Below, piece after piece: positions 10,101-22,000 of a stretch of DNA of 64,000 bases. The DNA comes from Saccostrea echinata. Its lineage: Eukaryota. The stretch's first letter is position 1. Every line of letters begins with the position of its first letter. The DNA lies in the NCBI RefSeq assembly GCF_033153115.1, contig NW_026889758.1, positions 18,414,001 through 18,478,000 of the forward strand, written 5' to 3'. The notes below the pieces were generated by a model, which did no database searches, was not told where the DNA came from, and was given only the letters and a program-made list of their open reading frames with translations. The translations under genes were made by a program, and so were the position numbers.

Positions 10101-12859
10101 TCAGAATGATTCACTCAATAATTGCCCCAATTATTAATAGTAAAAGCAGTATAAAATACATGACAAGTATTTTTGCAAGAAATTCTTTTTTCCTTTCAGG
10201 GCACAGAATGCTTATATCTGCAATTTTCGTGACCATTGGTTTTGCATCAGGAAGATTGGAAAACAGTGGTTTAATCTGAATTCTCTCTTGACTGGTCCTG
10301 AACTTATTTCTGACACTTATCTGTCTCTGTTCCTTACACAGCTCCAACAAGAAGGCAAGTGATATTATCTCTGAATTATCTGTCATTGATGGATTTCACA
10401 TTTTTCTATCTACTGTCAGTATATTGACATGCAAAGAGAATTAACTCTATTTACAGATCATGATATTAACACCTACATTGTACTTTGTACAGGTTTTATG
10501 TTCTTTCTATGATTGATGTCAAACGTATGAAATCTGAAAAAGAAAAAAAAAACATTTAAAATGAAAGGAGTCTCATTTTTATAATGAATGCATGTGTTGT
10601 AAATTTTATACCCTTTTTAGAGAAATTAACATGATTCTGAATGTAAATATCAGTCGAACCTCGTTATCTTGAAGTCAGTGGGACTGAGAAAAACTTCAAG
10701 ATATCCAAGGGTTGAGAAATTGAGGGTATGATACTTTTAAGATAAAGTGCTTGGGACTTCTAAACAATTTGACATACCCATGGTATGAAAGTATGAGATA
10801 AAAGTGTTTGAGATACCCATGATCAGCTGTAAAGTACATGTTTACAAGAAATGCCTATGAGCACATGCACATAAATCATCTTAAACTGGCCAAGATGTGA
10901 ATACCTAGTAAAATATCAAGCACCAAATTAATGCACCGATATATTTTTTATTTTGTTTAATTGAAGAATTAAACACAATCTTCTTTGTTTAACAGGATAC
11001 TCTATATTTATTGTAACTGGTCGACTACCAGAGTGTGAAGCAGATGATATCCTTAACTTGGCCCCAGCAGTACAACTCATCAAACCTCGCCTAATTAATG
11101 AAAATCAATCTATTAGCAAGTCTGACGCCCAGACAGATGACCCTGAGTTACAGCGAGCTCTGATGGAGAGTCGCTGTGAGGATGAGAAGGACGATAAAAT
11201 GTTACAGAGAGCACTACAGATGAGCTTAGAGGGTAATGTCTGACACGTTTCATATTGAGACAATTTATGACGTCGCATTGTACATGAAAAATTATAAAAA
11301 GTATCTTTAAAAAAAATGAATACTTTTCAAAACTGCCTTTGAAATACGAAAATCTTTCCAAAGCCACAATTTTACATTAACTCCCCTAAAATCTACCTAC
11401 CGGTAATACAATCATACAAGAAACAATAGCTACTGATCTGATTGACAGGCCAGGTACCTGTGCTACCTATTGATCCGAATTTGGATGTGTTGATTACAAG
11501 TACCAGGTACCTGGCTCAAGTTATTCCTTATGCTATTGATAAGTTGCTTTGAATAAATACAGGTACATAGAAAATAATATCACTGTATTGGGATACCAGT
11601 AATTTAATATTAAAAAAAAAAAGAAATGTAGCTTTGGTGTCTGTTTATGTACTCAATTACTTTCTGTATGGGTTTAAATTTATGAGGTGTTGTTGTGCTT
11701 GAATTGAAAGGTATATATATCAATAATTCTTACACTCTTTATTAGGATATATAATAGAAGATGACAATACTCCAGGACCAAGTGAAGAGAAGTTAGAAAC
11801 CGTGTCCAAAGAAGTTAAACCTCCCTCACAAGAGGAGGTGAGACAGAAGAGACTGGCCTTTCTACAGCGATTAGACCAGACTGCCAATGCCGATTGTGAG
11901 AATCCTAACCAAACAGCCAATACTGATCTCGAGAATCCGAACCAGACTTGTGTAACGGACCAACTTCAGCCAATGGAAAAAGGAGGTTTAGTAGAGGAAA
12001 AACTGACAGTGGAAGAATGTTCAGAAGGTACACTGTTAAACCATTGTAAACCTTGCTGGGGTGAAGTTTTGAAAATAAACAACTGTTAAGAGTCATACAG
12101 AATTCACTGAACTAAAGAAGGAGACAACAAAGTGAAGAGAAAATTATATGGTTAATTTTGAAAAAATAGGAAAATTATCTACATGAATGGAAAAAAGAAT
12201 TATGACATTTTGTACATTCCCTTCCTAATGATAGCTAAAAGCTATTGTGTTTGTGTTTGTAAGTTCCACAACTTTTCTGAGATATAAATTTACTAATAGA
12301 GGAGTTTAGTCTCTTTGGTACTGGTGTCTGCTATGTTAACATTCCCAGCAACAAATGATTTAAAATGCACAATTTGATTGGTCACAGTTAAAGCAAATCT
12401 ATGGTTGGTCAGGAGGGAAACCCCCAATGAACCTTTCGGAACTTCATTTTGAGGTGAACTCACTAGGTACACCTCAGGGAACTTGAGTCTTAGACCGTCA
12501 GAGAGCATCAAAATTCCTGATTAAATAAAAACTAAATGTAGGATAATGAGAGGTAAATACAAGTATTATGGTGACTGGATAATACATCAACAGGTAATTA
12601 CTAAATAAATAAGGAAACTTACAGGGGAATTTCACAATTGCATGTGACAGGATAACGCATACTAGAATGAGTCGCAAAGTAGGTTACAGTATTTTAATAT
12701 CTAGAGATCTCATATTTACTTGTATAATATGGAATTATATTTCCAGATTTGGTTTGTTCAGAAAAACAAAATTTCATTCTTTTTTTTTCAGATGAAATGC
12801 CAGAGGATGAAATGCTAAAACAGGCAATAGCTATGTCAATGGAAGGTGGTCAAGGATAG
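7194..12859 (+). CDS. ATXN3: Ataxin-3 (Josephin deubiquitinase with three UIMs and a VCP-binding motif), ~355 aa, 7 coding exons
   Basis: Exons 7194-7217, 8945-9109, 9509-9645, 10200-10354 (GC donor), 10996-11232, 11746-12027, 12792-12859 total 1068 nt in frame. Motifs MDAIFHEEQEGSLCAQHCLN (catalytic Cys), DHWFCIRKIGKQWFNLNSLL (His, Asn), UIMs LQRALMES, LQRALQMS and LKQAIAMS, and VBM EEVRQKRLAFL. Confidence 0.97.
8205..8312. repeat. Palindromic hairpin (MITE-like) in ATXN3 intron 1
   Basis: gttatccaggttccatcaagggtgta ... tacacccttgatggaacctggataac inverted repeat. Confidence 0.8.
9136..9350 (-). mobile_element. Truncated CORE-type SINE in ATXN3 intron 2
   Basis: Reverse complement reads gtgttgtgtccttagacaaggcactttatctgcattgtctcagtccac, a CORE-SINE-like central domain. 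Confidence 0.55.
10651..10831. mobile_element. pogo/Tigger-like MITE (CAGTCGAACCTC ends); related copies at ~34708-34875, 35867-36214 and ~49530-49633
   Basis: Shared termini cagtc(g/a)aacctcgttatct / ag(g)tt(t/c)(g/a)actg, mostly with TA flanks, and shared internal sequence among copies. Confidence 0.65.
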
Positions 12860-15116
12860 AAGGCTTGTCTTTTGAATAATATAGAGGAAATCCAAGCAGT
12901 GGTGCTACTGGCCACCAAAATGAACAGTCAGAGGAGTCTATAGTCACAGTGCCATCTCTATTTTACAGTAGATTCTCCATAATTGAAGCATGTGTACTTA
13001 TTTAGTTCCCCCTGTGAGGTCATCTAATGCCATCTCACTGTAAGAAGCTGATATTTATACATCAGCTGAAGGACATTGTGTTCTGTAGTCATGGCTACAG
13101 AAGTCTATGGTGCTTCCTGTGTGTTGTTTTGCTGCCTTTTTTGGTGCTGTATAAACAAATCTAAAGGAAAAAAAAGATGTACTGTATGTAATTTTTCTCA
13201 AAATATGAATCATAGCCATGTAGTGGTTTACATTACAGATGCTGTACATATACAATATTGTATAGGATTTTTTTTTTTATTTCACTCAGTAACAGTTTCT
13301 TTGGATCTTTTTTTTCTGAGAATTTTTTACCTTAAAAGCACACGTTTTACACTGCAAGACATAACAATGGAATTCAAGCATTTGCAGATACATGTATATG
13401 TGGGCATTCTTTTTTCGAGTGATGATACAGTATGAGGCAAATAATTTTCCATATTTAATAGTGCTGGGAAAAAAATACTTTATAAGAATAGACCATTTTT
13501 TTATGCAGTTGGCTGGCATGAATTTCAAGCAGTTTTTTTTTTTAATTTATTTTTTAACACAATGCAATAAACATAAGCATAAAGAAAAATTACCTGAAGT
13601 GAATTCTTTAGTTATATACATCAGCTATCAGTAATTCATATGAAAATTTGTAAGTTGATCCTTTATGTTATGAACTTTTTTTTTACATTATCAAAGTCAA
13701 AAAAACTTTTTTCTTGTGGCGTTTTTCTTTTTTGTTAATTTGCAAATTTCTTCAGAATTTTACTGATACAGGCATTCTTATTAAATAAAATGTTTGTTGG
13801 TTGTGTTAATTATGAATAAATATTAATCCCCACGGTCTGAATTAGTTATTTTCATATGGAGGTGGTACAAATATAACTGGCCTTAACTATTTTTGGATTT
13901 TATCTTTTTCTTCATAATCTCCTTTTAGTATTACATGCAAACTTCTGTCATCTTTGTTCCAATGCCTGGAACAATTCAGGAGGTTTACATTCACAGCACT
14001 CCCTAACAGTCAGAATTGGATGTGATGTTATCAGAGCTTTTCTTTTATTCTCCCGCAATAAAGTTGGTGGGGCAGTGGCATACAGCTAAAAGCTATTCAG
14101 TTTCTGGCTTTTATGTATGGATATACCGGTATATCCACATCATGTGGATGTGTTGCATCTGTGGCTAGCTATAAATGAGTTGCATGTTTTTGTGTCCCGG
14201 CTGAGGGTGGGGAATGTATAAGTCCCAACAGGACAACTCTAGTATAGAGTAAGAAATTGGAAGTAATTGTTGGGCAATGTCCATAGAGTATTTTGGATAA
14301 GGATAACTTTGAAACGATTGGGGGGGGGGGGGGGGGGAGGTCCTACTCTCTTATCACTAAAAAGACTTTAAACTATACTATGAATAAAGGAGGCCGGGAA
14401 TGTTGACCCTTGCACTCCATTTCCCTGGATAACTCTTCCGGTAAATGGACCACTAGATTAAAGCATTATGACCAATGATAATTTGGCCCGGGGGGGGGGG
14501 GGGGGATTCTACACTTGCGGATTTAGAGGAGGCAGCCCCCCCCCCCTTGTGTCCAAAAATATACATAATAATTAATAAATCAATTTTTGGGGTTTGGTCC
14601 CTGGGCCCCCACCCCGACCATCAGCTGCCCCCCCCCTTTCAAGAATTCTGGACCCTCCACTGTTCTATCAGTGTGCCCTTATAATCCTAAAATGCGGCCA
14701 TGGCCTTTCCAGCTAATGGCCGCCCAAGGATTTTTTCGGATATAGTGACCCCTCCATTATTTACCCATCCATAATTTGCTCTTTTTATTTGGGATTATAA
14801 GTGCTGTCTCATAGTAAAACATATGGATGTGCTTGACGGGGAGCCTCATATTTTTGAGAAATAACTACTAGTATTTTTTTGGTAATTAAAGGAAGGGAAA
14901 GGTATCTACATTTCAAGTGCCTTTGATAAATCATGGACTTTCTGACTCATTTCAGCATATATGCAGAATAGATCTAGAGGTCTTTCAGGGCGCTCATTAT
15001 CCTCAAGATTTGTTATACCCCGTTTAAGCTCCACTACCCAAAATTTTACATGTGATCATGAATTTGAAAAACAACTTTCCTATTTGAATTGCTTTCAAAA
15101 ACTGGCTACATGTTAG

Positions 15117-15236
15117 TGGGCGACCATTTGATTCTATAAGGGGGCGCCAAATTTTGTTAAGTCAGATTCTCTCGCAGGAAAGAATACATGTATTTATTTC
15201 CAAGATGGCCAGACAGAATCAAATGGTCGTCCCGTA
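15117..15236. mobile_element. Short MITE
   Basis: TIR pair gggcgaccatttgattct / agaatcaaatggtcgtccc. Confidence 0.6.
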
Positions 15237-15817
15237 AAGTCTATTGGAAATCCCTGGTAATTTGTATTTAAACAACACTGAACTTTCTAGGAAAAGAATC
15301 TTTCCAGAATCTTAGTTGACTTGCTTGAGGCAGAGTTAGTACTGGTAAATGACAAATCAAGTGACTGAATGCAAATCCTGTGTGGTTTCGTACAGTTTCC
15401 AATTTTTTAATCACCCTTGTGTGTGTGTTGGGGGGGGGGGGGTGACAAACCCTATGTTTAGCAATTTAAACTTGAGGTAATTTTACATTTGTACAATTGT
15501 ACTTTTTTAAATTACTAAATTAGTTAAAAACCACATATCTTTTCAAAAACGTATAGTGTGTTAATCTGACGAATTTGAAATTTGAGTTCCTTGTTTAAGA
15601 TTTTAATTCATGCACGGTAATCTAATTACTTTGAAGAAATGCGAAGTTCAACAATATTTTTATAGATTATTATAAAAGCAATTTCATAATCTACTTTGAT
15701 AGAGATGTAATAAGATGTTAAGTTAATAACTTTCTTGTGGTGGGTTGAATGGATTATTATAAGAATGGAGGGGGATATGTTTAACTTTACTTGTTTTAAC
15801 TTCAAAATTTATTTTTT

Positions 15818-15938
15818 GCACGGATACTTGGGTCTTCATTTATAAATATGTATACCTATTGATATGTAAAAAAAAAAAGTCGCTTTTTTAAGTACCTTTA
15901 GGTATACATATTTATAAACCAAGACCCAGGTGTCTGTG
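15818..15938. repeat. Palindromic hairpin element
   Basis: cacggatacttgggtctt..tttataaatatgtataccta is mirrored by taggtatacatatttataaa..aagacccaggtgtctgtg. Confidence 0.75.
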
Positions 15939-17456
15939 ATTTTTGGAAGAGACTTCTTTTTCAGTGGAGAGGGTCAACATTTTCAGCGGTCAAAACTTTC
16001 TCAGTGTCACATTATGTCATAAGAACAGCCAAAATGAAGTTATTTGTGTGAATTCATGTGGATAATGAAATAGAACAAGTCATTTTTTTTTCAATTTGAT
16101 GTGTGTCTGTTTGGGTTAGAATGATTTAAAAATTTCTCCATCAAGTTTAATTTGATCGGGATCGGTATTCCATGTTGGTAGTTTATTAGAGTGATATCCC
16201 TTTTGTGCAGCTGACAATGACATCATGAACATGGCAGAAAAATAGATAGGAAATATAATCAGTTAATTCATTTGATGCCAGTTGGCGAAAAATCAGCTTT
16301 GTTATCGACCTAATTAAAAGAAGCAAAAAAGTTTATATCAACAAACGAAGTGAGTCAATCTATCTATTAGACAGAAGTTTTGGAACGTAATTGTGACATA
16401 TATACTTTTTAATGTATCATAGACATATAAAAACAGAAAATGCATATTTTTGTTGAATAAGGCTGAAGTTACAATGAGCTTTAATATGATTTGGAGATGC
16501 TGGTTATAAAATGAAATATATGATCAGGAAGCCTATGCAGTACATAATATGATAATACATATTCAAACACATGTATTTTTGTATTTTAATATGTCCTGGA
16601 TTCAGTACTCTTTTGTATTTTATTTATTTACTTATTTTATTTTCTTAACTTTTGTGTATTTGGTAGTATATTTAGTAGCATCACTAGTCAGGTGCTCTAC
16701 CAACTGAGCTCACAGGCCAATATCTATGGCACAATTAAAACGTTACATTACTATATATAGAATATGGTTAGGGAGAGGGTGTAATAAATTTTTAGAACTT
16801 GTGTCCAATTCCTTTGTATAATTAGAAATTACAATAAAATAATTGTTCAATCCAACCAGAATATGGCATTACATTTATGGTCTGTGCTGATCAGGGATGG
16901 GGTGATTGTTATCAGTAATAGTAATTTATCAGCTGTAATTGATTACGGTTTGCTGTGTAATCATAAGTAATCAGTAATCACTCATTTTTATGATTAATAC
17001 CAGGACCAATATATTAAGTATAAATGTCCCTGTTATTACAACTAATTCTTATTTAATCAGTTACTCTGAAAAAGTCCTGTTATCATGATTTCTGTTTGAT
17101 TACTTTATGATTACAGTAAAACACACTTGTAGGGAATATGCTTATAATGAATTGACGTTTACAGTGAAGTGATTCTAAAATACATCTTCAAATCTGAGCT
17201 TATGAAAAGTTTTAAGTGAAATCCCTAATTTTGATTTTCCAAACCTGTTTTATAACATGTTCCTCCCCTTTTAAATGAATTTATAAAGTTGTTCATTTAC
17301 TATAAAGAAAAAAATGAAATTATGAAGTATAACTAAGTAATTTAATTTTTTAATGTCTGGTTTCTATTTTCCAAAAATTCGTAAAACCTTAATATAATAA
17401 TAATATACATAATTCCAATGAGTAATATTGATTCTCTTTAGATGCCTATCTGAAGA

Positions 17457-18954
17457 ATGGATAGAACTTTTCAAAGACAAGACAGTGTTGGTATGTATTC
17501 TGAATCTGTAATTGTAGACTTTATTTTTATCTTTAAATATTATAAGCAAATGTACATTATTTAACATTGTGGTGTTTCTATTAATGTATTGCTTATGAAC
17601 AAGGTTCACTTAAATCCTTTTTTGGCCCTGTGAATTTCTGAAAAATCAAAACTGCTCAGTTTTAGTTGAAAATACATTTAATTTCAGTTGGACCCTTGGT
17701 GATTGCATATCTATTAAAATTGACATAACTTTCTCGCTAGTCCCGGTATTATGACATCATGAATTGCATCATTATCCTCAAATCCTGAAAATTTCTTCAA
17801 AAATGGCCAAAAATTTAAGCTATTTTTCAATATTTTGCATTGACCCCAACCTCTGATCCAAAATGTTCAATTATATAATAGAACAATTCCATATTTTATT
17901 TTTTGGATCAAGGTGTGAGCTCATATTTTAATTCTTTGATGAAGGTACTCAAATACACCCATTTTCTTCAAAATTCAAGAACAGTGCAATTTTACAAAAC
18001 CCGTTTTTCAATACCTGTCTCTAAGGGAAACTTTTTTATAGGAATGAAAGCACTTCTGGTATCTTTACTTTATATTGATGTTTGAAATGGGGCATTGGGA
18101 CTTGGTCAGTTAATTAGTATATGAGCAGGTCGGGCCATTTAATGAAAAAAGTGAACCTAGCTCTTTGCTTTCTGTATGGTAGTCATATACATGCAGATAA
18201 ACAATTAAAAAATCATTGACTTTTTGTAGCATATAGTTCCAGTCACTCAAGTTTGGATGGCATACCATTTAAAATTGGACCAAATTTTACACAGAAACAC
18301 AAGGTATTAAATATATATTTTTGCTCCAGAAATTTTGAAGATTGGGAAAAGATAAATTTATGTATTTAATGGCTCTTTTGAAATTTTTAGATGCAATTCC
18401 ACAAATAATGTAGGAGCATTATTCTGACTTTTTGTGTTGCAAATTAGGAAATTTGATAAATTATGGTAGACAAGTCATTAGTATACTCAGAACTAGTGTA
18501 TTGAAACATACTTTTTACCTATACTGACTTCCTTGTCAAATATTTTATGAAAGGCATAGCTTTGGTATATACATGTGTATTTATTAAGAAAAGAGGTGGA
18601 CACAGTAACTTTTTCCTTTGAGCTCTCAGCAAGAACTAAATCTTGATCTCCTATATTTTTTTCCCAAAATTGTCAATATTTGCAAGGTATTGTGGTAATC
18701 AGGAAATTGTGGGAACCTGAAAATTTGCTAGATCAGTGTGCAGATTTCAATTCCAATTTCCTCTGTTCTTACTCATTTGTTATATCTCACTTTGCGAGCA
18801 GCCTACTGTACTGCTGGCTGTGCTCAATTAATATACACATCCAAACTACTTGAGAAAGCCATTTTTAACTCACTTGAGCTGATAGCTGAATAGAGCTTTC
18901 CTGATCAAAATTTGTTGTCTGTCAACGGCGTTGGCATAAACTTTGCTTAATTTT

Positions 18955-19002
<48 letters not shown>

Positions 19003-19003
19003 G

Positions 19004-19044
<41 letters not shown>

Positions 19045-22000
19045 TGGCCAGACCCTCTTTCAAGGGGAAATAATTAAGAATTAGTTTTTCTCAAGAACCA
19101 CTGTGCCAGAAAAGATGGAACTTAATGAAAGCTTCATTACATTGTGTATATTTAAGCTTGTTCAAGTTATAACCCTCAGAGGTAGGTTAGGAGTTAGGAC
19201 CACAAAAGGCAATCAAAGATTTAAATTAGAATATATAAATGAAAATCTTTAAAAATCTTCTTTTCAAGAAATACCAAACCAGAACAGTTGAAACTTATGT
19301 GGAAGCTTAATTACAAAGTGTAGATTCAAATTTGTCCAAATCATGATACCCGGGGATACATGTATGATGGGGTCGCAATAGGTGATTAAAGTTTTCCATA
19401 GGAATATATAGGAAAAAATATGGAAAAACCTTATCCTCAAGAACCACCAGGCCAGAAAAGATGCAACTCTTGCATGAAAGCTTCATTACTAGTGTATGTT
19501 CAAGTTTGTAAAAATCATGACCCCCATGTGCTTCATGTTCTTATGAAAGATCTACATGTAAGTAATGGTATTTTAACTTTATTTCAGGTTATCAGCCCAA
19601 GAGACTTTAAGAATCTGACCAGAGCACATGCAGTGGAGGAAGAGGTACTGGTTAACCTATTAATGTACATAGAATAAATACTAGTAAATGTAAAAGACTA
19701 AGTAAATAAATGAAAAGTGAATGTCATCAGTGTGGTATAATGCTAGAATCAGCTTTAGCTTCCTATCTTAATGCAACAAATGTAAATGTCAAATTTCATT
19801 CAGAAGTACCGTAAACAGACTTAGCATAGAAGCAAGTACATGTACTACCGGAAGTTGGTTTTACTGTTTGTCTGCTTTGATATTTTGCTGTATGGTGGAT
19901 ATCTTTTTCAGTATGACTTCTCCTTAGAGGAAGGAGTCCTGAAATGGGCAGATGAGAGACAAAAACAACTTGCTGCCCAGCAACGAGCAGAGGAAGAACG
20001 TCGAGTGAGAGCACAGCAGGAGGCTGATGATAAAAGCTCGGACTCGGATCAGTCAGAGCATGAGTATGAAAATGATGGGTGGCAAAATAACAAAGTCATC
20101 TCTCCACCCGCGGCAGTGACACAGGCTCCAACCAGACCTGTGTTACCAGCTATATCTAATGATATCTTGACGCCTGTAGATGTTTCATGTCAAAATGACT
20201 CTTCCAACCAAACTAATTCGGATTCACAGAAACCTGTGGATTTTTCATTGTTTGAAACAGAGGATGATCCCTTTGATAGATTTGAGAGGTTGACTCTGAA
20301 TGACTTAACTGAGTTAAAAAGTGTGTTTGACAACAGTGGTAATGCAAAAGACACAACTGGAGGGTCAAAGAAACAAGAAACTGTGTATGAAAACACAAAG
20401 ATATTGAACAATCCTCCCAATGGTGTTGTGACATCAAGCTCTTCTGTAAATTCAGTGACTGACAAAGAAGATGGAGGGAATTATGTTGAATTGGATATAA
20501 CAAAGAAGCCAGAACGGCCCAACGGAAATGTCAAGAATAAAATTGTTAGAAAACAAAAAACATACAAGGGTAAAGTCATACCCCCAGTTCCTCCACGACC
20601 AAGCTTGGCTGCCAAAAGCCCCCTTCCACCTATAGGAATAGGAGCTAATGACAGTTCAGCACCCAGTGGCACTGGAAAATCAACAAATCCCTTTAAACAA
20701 GATGAGACTGATGGTTCCCATGAAAAACCAGTGTGTAAAAGTGAATTCCAATCAAACACTTATGAAAATGTGAGTGTTATGAGTGATCAACAGTCTGTTA
20801 GTTTTTCAAAGGCACCAACTTTTGGCATTGTTAATGATACTGATGGTTCATTACAAAGTACCAATCCATTCCTACCTACAAATCAACAACCAAAGGAGAC
20901 ATCATCTAAAAACTCTAAAGCATATGTAAATGTGGCTCCTGTTAAACCTTTTGGGGTTCCTCAACCCAGACTGACCAGTAGTTTACCAGATCCATCAAGT
21001 AACCAGAGTCAAGATTTACCCCTCCCACTCACAATCTCACCTCCACCAAGACCCTCCTCCAAACAGGTAAAATCACTTGTGCAAACGATTGTTCAGTGAG
21101 TAATGAAACCATTTTGATTAACCTCGTTTCTCAACACTAACACTTCAAAATTCTTTATTTTTATCTCCTTTTTGTTGTTTTAATAATGAATTGTGATTCA
21201 CTTTTGCATCTTTTTTCATCTGTTTAGTTGAAAGAATTTAACACTGCTTTGTTCATGTTGTTATATATATATATATCAAAAACTATTATTCATTAAGTTG
21301 TGTACAAGCTTTCATACAAAGTAGTGCATAAAACAGTAACCACATTGTCAAACTTTGAGTGTTGTGTAATGTATATAGATATTAGAGCCTGTGTCTTTCA
21401 TTCTTTCATGTAAATTTTTAACAGGATCCACCAGGAAACATACAAGCAGTAAGTATGAAGCACCCCCCCCCCCCCCCACTTCCTGTTGTAATGTTTCCCT
21501 AGTTCTGCCTTTGTTCTGCATTGCATGTAGTCATCAGAATTAACAGGAAGTTTTCTCCCAAGGCCATTCCTAATGACCTTAAATGTACAAGAATTATTAC
21601 TACCCAATGCATGTATTGTTTCACCTACTTATCGTGTTTTCTAAGTATTGAGTTAATAACAACAGTAAAATACAGTGACATACATCCTCCACAAAAGTTT
21701 AGGGACAGCTGAAAATTTGGCTTTGTAAGTGGTTAATAAAATTTTACATAAAGATGACATTATTTTAGAGTATATGAGACAAAATTATGCCTTTGTTTCA
21801 ATAATGTTTTCACTATTAGCACGGTGACTGCATAAACATATTTTACTGCCATAGCTTAAACAGGTGCTAATACACTGGTCAGTCTCTCTTCACTAGCTTA
21901 GATTTTTTTGTACCTATTATAACAGATTCTAAAACACTTATTAGGCCTTCTTCACAAGCTTAAATCTTCTGTACCTATTATAACTTGTGCTAATCCACTT

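Noticed and set aside
12391-12510. GC-richer intronic patch with a small hairpin in ATXN3 intron 6, as a possible snoRNA
   Set aside because: No convincing C/D or H/ACA box arrangement.
15200-15240. caagatggcc (YY1-like) as the UBAP1 start exon
   Set aside because: It lies inside a short MITE and the splice phase does not fit; the exon at 17457-17490 fits.
19840-19911. Hydrophobic N-terminus of the 419-aa ORF, suggesting a signal or TM segment
   Set aside because: It is intronic polypyrimidine sequence; the acceptor tttttcag at 19911 joins the upstream UMA-coding exons.
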